NCBI GenBank assembly: GCA_964019335.1
Contig: OZ025733.1
Coordinates: forward strand, 248,001-312,000
Length of the DNA: 64,000 nucleotides
Direction of reading: 5' to 3'
DNA from: Diplonema japonicum
Lineage: Eukaryota > Protista > Euglenozoa: Diplonemea
Shown: positions 53,680 through 64,000 of the stretch, piece after piece
Numbering within the stretch: the first letter of the stretch is position 1
Layout: the number at the start of each line of letters is the position of its first letter
Program-made: the position numbers and the translations under genes
Notes under the pieces: generated by a model
What the model was told of the DNA's origin: nothing
The model's database searches: none
The model's input: the letters and a program-made list of their open reading frames with translations, nothing else

Positions 53680-54282
53680 CATTCTTACCTCCAGCAAGGA
53701 CAAGTCTCATGGGGTATCGAGTGAATTCTTTTCGACTTTTTTTTTGGGGGGTATTCATAACTCCCTTATTTCTTTTTTTTTCTTTTTTTAGTAAACTAAA
53801 ACAGAATTAGCCTCTCAACAAATAACCACCCCCCCCCCCCTTCACAGTTACAAGATTACGGGGGGGTATTACCCCCGAATACAAAAAAATTTGTAACATC
53901 CCAATAAAGAAGCTGTCTAATTATTCCCAGGGGGGTGGCACCTCGGCGCATTTCTGAGCCCTCGGCATCAGAAATCCCCCCCGCCCCTCCGGAAAATTTG
54001 TGCATATTGGGTATGCTGTACTTAATGATAAACCCTGTTCGGTAAAAGAATTAGTGGTTGTTGTTTTTTTTTTGGGGGGGGATCTTTTTTTTTTTTTTCC
54101 TCCATTCCCCGTTTATTTTATACTCATGTGCCTCAAAGTAGCACAGGAGCGGCATCAAAAAACTTACTTACCGCCAAAAAAAAAAAAAAAAAAAAAAAAT
54201 GAGCCAAGCGCGGAATTTCGGGTTAAGTTATGACTCAATATTCTTGGTACAGCTTTCTTTTTTTCTTTTTTTCTTTTTTTTT

Positions 54283-54810
54283 GGTGGTGGGGATAACACA
54301 GAAATATGGAAATATAAAGAAGTACATCAGATGTGTTGTTCACTGTTGACCTCCACGTCGGTCATCACCGGTAGCGCCCGAGTGGAAGAACATGATGCAG
54401 ATGCTCAGGGTGACGAACAGGCAGCAAACTGCACGGGCTCAGAATCTTGGTTACCAGGGGCACCATGGCTGGGGTTGAGTTGCACACCGCACGCATTAAG
54501 GACACGACGCGGAACGCAGAAGAAGCTACAACTAGGCCGAGGCGCGCCCCCTGTAATCAAGTAGACGATACTTGTGCAGGGCGCCCTGCCACATACTGCA
54601 GGCACCCTTAAATAGTCTCTTTTTTTTTTTCCGGGGAGAGACGACTGGAACAATAAATTCGTGCGACCTACCTCGAACCAACCCGAAGAATTCCCACCCC
54701 ATCTGCCGATAAGAATGCAGCGACGCAGAAGGGAAATAACACAAGATAGACCCACCACCACGCTGCACACTTAACGCCAAATAGTGTTGCAACCAAAGCC
54801 CCATTTTTTT
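54283..54810. repeat. Repeat family R1, longest copy (~530 bp)
   Basis: Contains the segments found at 1-240, 46599-46751 and 56792-57089; bounded by T-runs. Confidence 0.85.
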
Positions 54811-55049
54811 TTTCATTTTCTTCTCGGGATGTGTTTCTTTAGTGACTACAGAAGTCGCCATCAAAATTTAATAAAAAAAAAAAAAAAAAGGAAGGGATGA
54901 AAAAATTGGCACTGGAGAGATGCCCCACATCCCGCCACATTATGTTTTTTTGGCCCTGGTGTCTCTGAAGACTTTCCCCCGCCCCTATTTTTTCATTTTT
55001 CTTTTTATACCTTTCTTCTTCCAATAAAACTCCCTCTCTATCTTTCTTT

Positions 55050-55081
<32 letters not shown>

Positions 55082-55200
55082 CTTGCTACCTTTCACATTT
55101 TTGGAGAAAAAAAAAAAGAAAAAAAAAAGAAGAAGGAGACAAACCAACCAAAAAAAAATTAAAAAAAAAAAATAGAAAAATAAAAAAAGAAAATTAAATT

Positions 55201-56756
55201 TTATATAAAGGGGCCCTCCGAATAATCCCTTTATTTGGGCAGTGGAGGGGGGGTGTTTGGGCTCCAAAAAAAAAAAGAATTATTTGGAATACACTTATTT
55301 GGGTTGTACTTATTTGGGCTGGGGGGCCTGCCACATGGAAAGCAGGGAGCGGGGCTTAGAGCAGCGGAAATCTTAACATGCCAAATCGTGCCAAGACTTT
55401 TTTCATGCCCTTTTTTTTTCCAAGGGAAATTTTAACAGTTTTTCTCCCAGGCTGTGGAGAACCCACAAACGTTGCAGACAAACCGCCTGGTTTTGGCGTT
55501 AGGTGGTTGCTGGGAGGTTGCAGGGGTCTGAGAGGCTTGAGAAACTGTCGGGGCTTGAGAAGCTTCAAGGGCTTGGGAGGCTGCTGGAGTCTCGTCAGGT
55601 GCAGTGTCCATTGTAACACCCGCAACTACATTCTGTGCTGCACTGTCTAAAGGGCCCGACTCCTTCAAAGTGCTTACTTCGCTAAGTGCCCTTAGCTGTA
55701 TGGTCTCCTCGGAACTACCTGGAAGGTAGCCGCAGGACCGCATACAGCTAAAGGTGCCGAGCAGTTGCATGACCTTTCTCATGTGCCTGCCCTACCCACA
55801 GTGCCACGTTGATTCGGCGCTCTGCAGTCATCAACCAACGTCCCAGCCTCGGCTGCTTGGGGCATGCCGCAGCCCCCCCTAACCCCTCAAAATGGCGGGA
55901 GGTCTGAATCGCCGGTGCCACACAGAAGCAGCCTCACAATACGTACTTTTCCTTTTCAATCGATTGTTATATTTGTTCTAATAAAATACACTACTCAAGC
56001 GACTGGCACCTTCCGAAGAAGGGCCTCCCACGTCGATCGAGGATGCCCCGGGGCGGCCGTTCCAGTCTGATCATGTCGCACTATAACATATTTCTCATCT
56101 TCTAGAAGAAAATGGGGTTGCCCTCGTAGCTCGCCGGGCCAGCATTCTTACTTGCGTAAGCAGCCTCACAATACCGCCAGTGGGCTACGGCACAGCTTTG
56201 GGATCTTGCTCAGGAATGGAAGATTGACATTGCGGGCCATGAAAGAAGCAAATACTGGATAAGTTGTCAACACATGAATCCACGTGCCCTTCCGGCAACG
56301 CAGAAGCACCCGGGCCACCCACAAGCGCCTTCGAACTCAGTGGTTCCGTGAAATTTTGAACCGTTCATCACGAACCATCTAGCTTCTTGCGTTAGAAAAA
56401 TCGTCCCCACAATAACCCCCAGGTGCTAAGCCCCGTGGTCCCTGTTCAAAATGCAAAAGAATTGCTTGTAAGTGCCCAAAAAGTGCCCAAAACCAGGCGG
56501 AAATCGACTTTTTGGTCAAAAAAGGGGTGAATACATGGGTTAGGTCGGCTAGTACCCTGCACAGGCATAACTGAGAAAAGCCCGTTGCGACTACCATGTG
56601 ACCCCCCCACCCCCCGGTCCCCCCCCAAAAAAAAAAGAAAGGGGGTCGGGAATTATTTGGGAAATTTGGAGCGGAAAAATCCCCGAAAAAAAAAGAATTA
56701 TTTGGGAAAAAATACATTATTTGGGAGGGAATTATTCGGGCCCCCCCTTTATATAA
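55201..56756. mobile_element. ~1.55-kb TIR element with degraded coding remnants
   Basis: Left ttatataaaggggccctccgaataatccct vs reverse complement of right end ttatataaagggggggcccgaataattccct; repeated attatttggg subterminal motifs; minus-strand remnant ...FVCNVCGFST resembles the start of a C2H2 finger. Confidence 0.65.
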
Positions 56757-56791
56757 CCACGCGCCAATTCAAAATTCTATCTTTTTTTTTA

Positions 56792-57089
56792 GGTGGTGGG
56801 GATAACATGAAAATATAAGAAAAACATCAGATGTGTTGTTCGCTGTTGACCTCCTCGTCGGTCATCACCGGTAGCGCCCGAGTGGAAGATCATAAAGCAG
56901 ATGCTCAGGGTGACGAACAGGCAGCAAACTGCACGAGTGCAGAATCTTGGTTACCCGGGACGCCCCGGCTGGGGTTGAGCTGTACACCGCACGCATTAAG
57001 GACACGACGCGGAACGCAGAAGAAGCTACAACTAGGCCGAGGCGCGCCCCCTGTAATCAAGTAGACAGTTCTTGTGCAGGGCGCCGCCA
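56792..57089. repeat. Repeat family R1, copy 4
   Basis: Near-identical to 54283-54590. Confidence 0.88.
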
Positions 57090-57282
57090 ACACCGGCCTC
57101 CTTTAACTCATATTTTTTAGGGTGGTCCTCGAGTGGGATTTGCCCTTAAACATCGCCCTTTTTTTTTTTTGGACTGTGTTTTTCTTCCTTTGGACTGTGT
57201 ATCCTCCAAATATTTCTTATTATTTCCTCCCCATTTCGTTCTTACTTTTTTTCATCCAACACAAGGAATTACGCAGAATAAA

Positions 57283-58182
57283 ATGAAAGACCCACCGGGC
57301 CCACCGCCTTCCGGACAGAGTGTATTAGAGCAATCAAAACGTCTTGCTCATGCCATTGTCACCGCAATGGACAAGGGCGCACTGCACGCCTTCTTCATGG
57401 CGCACGTAGCGGAGGATGCTGTGTGGGACGCACGTGGGCTAAGGGTGAGCGAGATAGCAGAAGGCAGGCCTGCGATGCTGCGGCACTACAACAAGGTGCT
57501 TGCAACATCATGGGGCGGGAACGGGTCCTCTATGTGCATCCAGACGCACAGCTACGAGGAAATCCCCTCCAAGGATGGGACATCAGCTTGCCAGTTCATC
57601 TTTGAAACCCACATCACCCTCGAAGGGCAGACCGTCAAAAGGGATCGCATTTGGGTCTTCCACATCAACGACATCACAGGTCTTATTGTAAGAATTGACT
57701 CCCTCCCAAGCAGTCCCTCTCTACCCCCATCGCCCCCTGCATCCGACCGTCCGTGTGAACACAATTGTTGGGACTCTGTTCGGGTGAAGCGGCAGTGGTG
57801 TTTGCTTAGGTGCAGGGTGTGCGAGTCGCAGTGGCGTCTCTCAACAGGAAGCTTTGTAAAATGTAAGGCATTCTCCACCAAGCCGGGATGCCCTGTTGGG
57901 ACTTCCTGTACCTTGGTCCACATGAATTCCAGGAAGCAAACCTTGGCTGAGAGGCAGCTTGCCATTGACTTCGCCGATCACCCTTCGTTTCTGGAGCGGG
58001 CCAGGGTGGGGGCCTCCTTCCGACCGTACAAGAAGGACGGGAAGAGGTGGAAGCGAGGCAAGAAAAAGAAAAGTGGTGAGGAAGGTGGCGACTCACAGAC
58101 GCCAGTGAGGCCGAGGTCTCGCTCGGTGGTGCGCGAACGAGGGGACGGACACTTAAAGGCCACGCGGTCCAGGAGCGTGTAG
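57283..58182 (+). CDS. NTF2/SnoaL-like + Zn-ribbon + CCCH protein, paralogue 2
   Basis: Same architecture as 45298-46197; ends RSRSV. Confidence 0.82.
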   Translation: MKDPPGPPPSGQSVLEQSKRLAHAIVTAMDKGALHAFFMAHVAEDAVWDARGLRVSEIAEGRPAMLRHYNKVLATSWGGNGSSMCIQTHSYEEIPSKDGTSACQFIFETHITLEGQTVKRDRIWVFHINDITGLIVRIDSLPSSPSLPPSPPASDRPCEHNCWDSVRVKRQWCLLRCRVCESQWRLSTGSFVKCKAFSTKPGCPVGTSCTLVHMNSRKQTLAERQLAIDFADHPSFLERARVGASFRPYKKDGKRWKRGKKKKSGEEGGDSQTPVRPRSRSVVRERGDGHLKATRSRSV

Positions 58183-58209
58183 GAGTTTTTTCTTTTGCGT
58201 GAACAAGAA

Positions 58210-58348
58210 AAAAATAATTCTTTATGACTATATGTCTTTGTTGTTCGCACGAGCAAAAAAGGTTTTTTAAAAAGCTGCGAAAGTTTTTTGCTCGGCACAA
58301 GTTGCATATAGTTATAAAATCATTTTTTGAAAGATAAATATTTGTAAC
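58210..58348. repeat. Repeat family R5, copy 3
   Basis: Matches 1713-1857 and the reverse complement of 46445-46596. Confidence 0.8.
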
Positions 58349-59043
58349 AAAAAAAAAAAAAAAAAAAAAAGGGCTTATTCTAATCAACCTGCTCTCGCGT
58401 GGTGCTTGCATGTGACATCGGCTTTTATTTGTTTCCGGCTTGCATAGTCGATCAGACTCTTTTATTTTATTAGAACAAATGCGGAGACCGTGGTCGGGAA
58501 AAGTACTTTCCATACCTGCTGGGACGCTAGTGGGAAGCCAATGTAGTACTGACCCTTTTTAGGGCATGCGGCTTTCGCTTTAGGAGTTTGCATGTTAATT
58601 TGAGTTTATTTTATTTACAAAAGGGGCAAACTTGTGTTGCAACCTTTATTTCCGGTTTTTTGAAGAAGAAAAAGAAAGGTTAGAAAGTTTCTTTCTTTCT
58701 ATATGTGCAACAACGCATACCTTACGGGAACAGTTCCTTTCCCCCCCCCCTCTTTTTTTTGGTGTGTTCTGAAAACACCGCTGTCGAAAGAAATTGAAGG
58801 TTTTTCGTGGCAGTTATAAAGAAGAAGGGGGGGGGGAGAAAGAAAAAAGAAGAAGAATCATAGGGAATTCTTTTTTCATTTCCCTTATTTTTTCCAGCTT
58901 TCTAGCTCCTTTTCACTTCCCTTTCACCCCCCCCCCCCCCCCCCCTTCTCACGGCAGGTGAGGGAACATAAAACATACCTATTTGAACTTTAATATGCAA
59001 TCCGAATTTTTTACACAGAATATAAAAAAAAGAAAATGTGCCA

Positions 59044-59916
59044 ATGCCCACGAGTCAAATGAGTGTTCTTGAGACCACAAAGCAGCTTATAGACAGCATG
59101 CTTGCAGCGATGGACAAGGGCGCACTGCACGCCTTCTTCGAGGTTTACGTAGCAGAGGATGCTGTGTGGGAGTCGACTCTGCTGGTGAACGAAAAGGCAG
59201 AAGGCAGGCCTGCGATGCTGCGGCACTACAACAAAGTGCTTGCAACATCATGGGGCGGGAACGGGTCCTCTATGTGCATCCACACCCACAGCCACGAGGA
59301 GGTCCCCTCCAAGGATGGGACATCAGCTTGCCAGTTCATCTTTGAAACCCACATCACCCTCGAAGGGCAGACCGTCAAAAGGGATCGCATTTGGGTCTTC
59401 CACATCAACGACATCACAGGTCTTATTGTAAGAATTGACTCCCTCCCAAGCAGTCCCTCTCTACCCCCATCGCCCCCTGCATCCGACCGTCCGTGTGAAC
59501 ACAATTGTTGGGACTCTGTTCGGGTGAAGCGGCAGTGGTGTTTGCTTAGGTGCAGGGTGTGCGAGTCGCAGTGGCGTCTCTCAACAGGAAGCTTTGTAAA
59601 ATGTAAGGCATTCTCCACCAAGCCGGGATGCCCTGTTGGGACTTCCTGTACCTTGGTCCACATGAATTCCAGGAAGCAAACCTTGGCTGAGAGGCAGCTT
59701 GCCATTGACTTCGCCGATCACCCTTCGTTTCTGGAGCGGGCCAGGGTGGGGGCCTCCTTCCGACCGTACAAGAAGGACGGGAAGAGGTGGAAGCGAGGCA
59801 AGAAAAAGGAAAGTGGTGAGGAAGGTGGCGACTCAGGCATCTCGAAGAGGTCTTCTTCTGTTGTTTGCGAAGTGGACAGGCACAGCCCAGAGGGCATGCG
59901 GTCCAGGAGCGTGTAG
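59044..59916 (+). CDS. NTF2/SnoaL-like + Zn-ribbon + CCCH protein, paralogue 3 (start uncertain; out-of-frame ATG at 59036)
   Basis: Nearly identical to paralogue 2 over ~530 nt; ends RSRSV. Confidence 0.8.
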   Translation: MPTSQMSVLETTKQLIDSMLAAMDKGALHAFFEVYVAEDAVWESTLLVNEKAEGRPAMLRHYNKVLATSWGGNGSSMCIHTHSHEEVPSKDGTSACQFIFETHITLEGQTVKRDRIWVFHINDITGLIVRIDSLPSSPSLPPSPPASDRPCEHNCWDSVRVKRQWCLLRCRVCESQWRLSTGSFVKCKAFSTKPGCPVGTSCTLVHMNSRKQTLAERQLAIDFADHPSFLERARVGASFRPYKKDGKRWKRGKKKESGEEGGDSGISKRSSSVVCEVDRHSPEGMRSRSV

Positions 59917-59976
59917 AAAATGCGAACCATTTTGTGTGTGATCTCAATGTCACAGCATGTGGTAAAGGCAGCAGGG

Positions 59977-60008
<32 letters not shown>

Positions 60009-60175
60009 ACATCTTTCATTGAGTTACACAAGTTCCTTTGCCTCCTTGTCTTCCTTCTCTTCATTGAGCGCACGCATGAGCGGCCTCAATCTCTTTCCCT
60101 CTTTTATTTTCCAAGTCCGCACAATTTTGCACTGCACAATGCCCCTTTGTATAGGTTCTTCATGCACATACGAAC

Positions 60176-61099
60176 ATGTGCCTTGGCCCCGTTGCTTTAA
60201 AACCCATGGATAGTGTAATTGAAACATCAAAGCAGCTCATGGACAGCATGCTTGCAGCGATGGATAAAGGGTCACTGCACGCCTTCTTCGAGGATTACGT
60301 AGCAGACGACGGGGTGTGGGAATCGAATGGTCTGCTGGTGAACGAAAAGGCAGAAGGCAGGCCTGCGATGCTGCGGCACTACAACAAGGTGCTTGCAACA
60401 TCATGGGGCGGGAACGGGTCCTCTATGTGCATCCAGACGCACAGCTACGAGGAAATCCCCTCCAAGGATGGGACATCAGCTTGCCAGTTCATCTTTGAAA
60501 CCCACATCACCCTCGAAGGGCAGACAGTCAAAAGGGATCGCAGGTGGACCTTCCACATCGACGACATCACAGGTCTTATTACAAAAATTCAGTGCGCCCC
60601 TAGAAAAGGCAATGCTTTGCCCCCATCGCCCCCTGCATCCGACCGTCCGTGTGAACACAATTGTTGGGACTCTGTTCGGGTGAAGCGGCAGTGGTGTTTG
60701 CTTAGGTGCAGGGTGTGCGAGTCGCAGTGGCGTCTCCCAACAGGAAGCTTTACACGGTGCCAGGCATTTTCCACCAAGCCGGGGTGTTTCGCTGGTACTT
60801 CCTGCACCTTTATCCACATGAATTCCAGGAAGCAAACCTTGGCTGAGAGGCAGCTTGCCATTGACTTCGCCGATCACCCTGAAATCCTGGAGCGGGCCAG
60901 GGTGGGGGCGTCGTCGAGGCCGTTCAAGAAGAGGACTGGAAGGTCTAGGAAATCTCGAAAGGCGGCAAAGAGGAATGTTTCGCCACCACCTGTGGTGCCG
61001 GCTGCTGCAAGGTCTTCATCAGTGAAGCTTGCTAGGGATAGGTTTCACTTCTCTGGCACCAGGTCTAGGAGTCTGGATGTGTGTACCCACGGTAAATAA
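60176..61099 (+). CDS. NTF2/SnoaL-like + Zn-ribbon + CCCH protein, paralogue 4
   Basis: Same architecture; MCLGP start shared with paralogue 1. Confidence 0.82.
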   Translation: MCLGPVALKPMDSVIETSKQLMDSMLAAMDKGSLHAFFEDYVADDGVWESNGLLVNEKAEGRPAMLRHYNKVLATSWGGNGSSMCIQTHSYEEIPSKDGTSACQFIFETHITLEGQTVKRDRRWTFHIDDITGLITKIQCAPRKGNALPPSPPASDRPCEHNCWDSVRVKRQWCLLRCRVCESQWRLPTGSFTRCQAFSTKPGCFAGTSCTFIHMNSRKQTLAERQLAIDFADHPEILERARVGASSRPFKKRTGRSRKSRKAAKRNVSPPPVVPAAARSSSVKLARDRFHFSGTRSRSLDVCTHGK

Positions 61100-61167
61100 A
61101 TCTCACTTCTTCAAGCGCTTGGTTTTTTTTTTATTTTTTTTTTATGTCTGTGTTGCCATTTGTGGAG

Positions 61168-61204
<37 letters not shown>

Positions 61205-61407
61205 CTATTGTCTTTGCTAAAAAAGAGTTAGTGGCAACTTTGTTGGTTTAGCCATCGCGGGTAAACCAGATCGTACAAGCAACTATCGCCGACTAAATGT
61301 GACAGAGAGAAATGAAAAAAAAAAAAAATACAATGAAACGTTCTTCCTCCCTCTACTCTCTCCACTTCGAATAAATCTTTTGTTTACCCTTGTTCTTGTT
61401 CCTTCTT

Positions 61408-61440
<33 letters not shown>

Positions 61441-62715
61441 CTTCGAAAAAAAGAAATTGTTTTTGTGGTATGTAGCGTGCAGCATGTATGAGAAGAAAAA
61501 AAATTTTTTTTAATTTTTTAAAAAAGGGGGAATAAAGAGAAGAGGGTTAGAGAAAGGGAAATGTAGCAGGAATCCTGTGAAAGTGAGCCTTTGGCCGAAA
61601 CGCTCAGAATTAACCTTATTCTCTTTCCCCCCGTTGAAAAAAAAAAATAAAATGCAAAGCATATCTCTATAAAAAGATTCCAAAGGGTTCTGGGCCCCTC
61701 CCATGCGCCAATAAAAACCTTTAAAAAAAAAAAAAAAAAAAAAAAGAAAGTAATCATGTTATCAAGAGTGTAAGAAACCGGATCTTTTGTTTTTACTCCT
61801 TTGATAATTAAAAAAGAGATATGAAAGCATAGAAGAAAAAGAATAAAAGAATAAGAAGGAAAAAAAAAAAAAAAAAAAACTTTTGTTTTACGTTTGTTAT
61901 TCCTCTCCCCCCTTTTTTTTTCCCTTTTTTTTTTCCCTGAATTTCTTTTTTTGAACCAAGAGTCTTTTTTTCTTTTTAATTTTTTTTTGTTTTTTTTTAC
62001 TGATTTCGCGGTGTGTTGTCTGACTTTGGAACGCAATTCAGCATTGTCTAAATTGTTCCCCCCCCTTTTTTTTTCCCTTTCATTTTTTATCGCTGTATTG
62101 AGCATTAATAACATGTGACTCCATTCTGTCAAACCCCCCAAGACCCTAAAGATAAATATGTTCCAGAATTCGAGATTTAAAAAAAAAAAAAAAGAAAAAT
62201 GTTATAAAATGAAATGGAACTACCTTGCTAGTTGATTGTGCAGTACCAAAATCGCGGCAGAAGAAGAAAAAAAAATTTTTTTTTTGACATTTTTTAATTA
62301 TTTATTTTCTGGATTCCCTCTATGGGGATTTTTGGCTAGAGCTCGGGAAAATAAAAGTTAATTAGTTACTTTTTTTTTTCCCCCCCCCTCATTCTGAAAT
62401 CAACAAATTTTTGGTTTGGTATTGTGCTGTGGTTGGTGCCCACCGTGGACGTTCGCCTTTCAGGCCAACTCGCAGCCGGTATTCTAAGTAGGGAGCTGTT
62501 TGGGTGGACAGCAGTGCACCCAGGTTCCTCAGGTTCATTTTCAGCCGCATCCGCCAGAAAGCCCAAAGTAGTACTTAATAGTAGTTAGATGTCCTGTACA
62601 AACAACAACGGACAGATTATCAGTCGCGGGAAATAAAGTCCACTTTATTTTTCATAAATCAACAGTTTTAAATATTTTTTAAGAAAGACGCTTCAAAAAA
62701 AGAAAAGAAAGAGGG

Positions 62716-62746
<31 letters not shown>

Positions 62747-62817
62747 ACAGTATCTTCTAGAGTCTAAACAATATACTGTAATTTCATCTTGCGGCGGGAA
62801 AAAAAAAGAAGAAAAAA

Positions 62818-62863
<46 letters not shown>

Positions 62864-64000
62864 CGTTCTCGCTCGTTATATGAAATGCACCATCCAAAAT
62901 TTTGGGGCTGGTTCTCTAGAAGGTAACTTTTTTCTCAAAATCCCAAATTCAAAGAAAGAATGAAACGAAAAAAAAATATATATATAAAAATCTTAGAATG
63001 TTGATTCTAAATTATTATTATTGTTATTTTTTTATTTTTTTTTGCGAAAGAAAAAAAGAAAGGAAACGAAAAAAAGAAAAGAAAAAAAACGTTTCACTTA
63101 TCACCGGGGAGGGGGAAGGGGGGTTTTTATTGATGAAGAGACAAACATCTAGTAAATTATCAAGAATTATGAAAGAATTATGGGAAAAAAAAAAAAGAAA
63201 AGAAGTGTTTGGGCAACATGGCGGCTTTTTTTACAAGTAAAATCCTCTTTTTTTTATTTAGGTATTAAAAAAAAAAAAAAAAAAAGATTTTTGTTAACCT
63301 TTTGACAGACGAAACGGGAACGAAGAAAAAATGAAGAAAGAAAAAAAAAAAGAAGAAGAACCTGAGGGAAATTAAGCTTCTATTTGTTGCCTGGCGGTTC
63401 AATTCTTTTCCTTCCCGCCCCTCCCCCTTTTTTTTTTCTCCCCCTTCTTCTTTCCCCTCTTATTTTTTTTTTTCTCTTTTTTTTTCTAAACATATATCGT
63501 GTGGCTCCCTGTCCTAGCTAAATGGTGTGAAACGTGAAAAACAAAGCAAAAAACCGGATCAAAAAAAAAAAAAAGAGATACGGGCATAGTCCTATGGTTA
63601 ATTCGTAAGATACATTTTTTTTAAAAAAAAAAAAAGCCCCCCTCTTAGTTTACTTCCAAAGTTCCCCCCTCTTTATGTCGCAATTTTATTTGCCGATTAA
63701 CCCATAAAGGACTGCTGCCTTTGGCCAAAAAGAAAAAAAAAAAAAGAAGGAAAAAAAAATAATTTATCGTTAGGTCAGAATCTTGGTCTGAATCTATTCC
63801 GTGATGCGCCATTCCATCATGTCACTATTTTCAGAACGCAAAGATTTGGGGGTGTCGTTGATTTTTTTTTTTTTTTTGAATGACTTCATGAGTTCCCGGA
63901 ACCTCCTGTTAACCGGATTTGGTTTATTGTACCGTATAAATTATGTATTTTTCTTTTTTTTTTTTTTTGGAGTTCCCAACTTTACAAAAAAGAATTGCAG

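Noticed and set aside
1-64000. tRNA or rRNA genes
   Set aside because: No cloverleaf with T-loop consensus and no extended rRNA similarity recognised by eye; tRNAscan-SE and Infernal would be needed to exclude them

Overview
Eukaryotic nuclear DNA, most plausibly from a euglenozoan protist of the diplonemid type. That assignment is inferred from the gene layout, the short cis-introns and protein families I recall from diplonemids; no search was run. About 22 protein-coding genes all lie on the + strand, separated by extremely homopolymer-rich spacers. I reconstructed 8 GT-AG cis-introns by restoring domain continuity, and most have poly(A) rather than a polypyrimidine tract before the AG. Main observations: (1) an N-myristoylation-motif protein with coral-type catalase-like allene-oxide-synthase/PLAT/lipoxygenase architecture, in which both enzyme domains have lost their metal/heme ligands and the PLAT domain is split by SH3-like and PDZ-like modules; (2) an 8-copy array of a ~130-nt foldable unit; (3) a decayed piggyBac element (TTAA target duplication) inside the first intron of BET3; (4) four NTF2-like + Zn-ribbon + CCCH genes with mosaic homogenisation; (5) an F-box/Ras-like pseudo-GTPase with a CaaX end in the +1 frame; (6) a flavin oxidase/2OG-Fe(II) oxygenase fusion; (7) several families of short dispersed repeats and MITE-like elements. 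Homopolymer lengths and single-base frameshifts may be sequencing artefacts. Family assignments come from motif recognition by eye.
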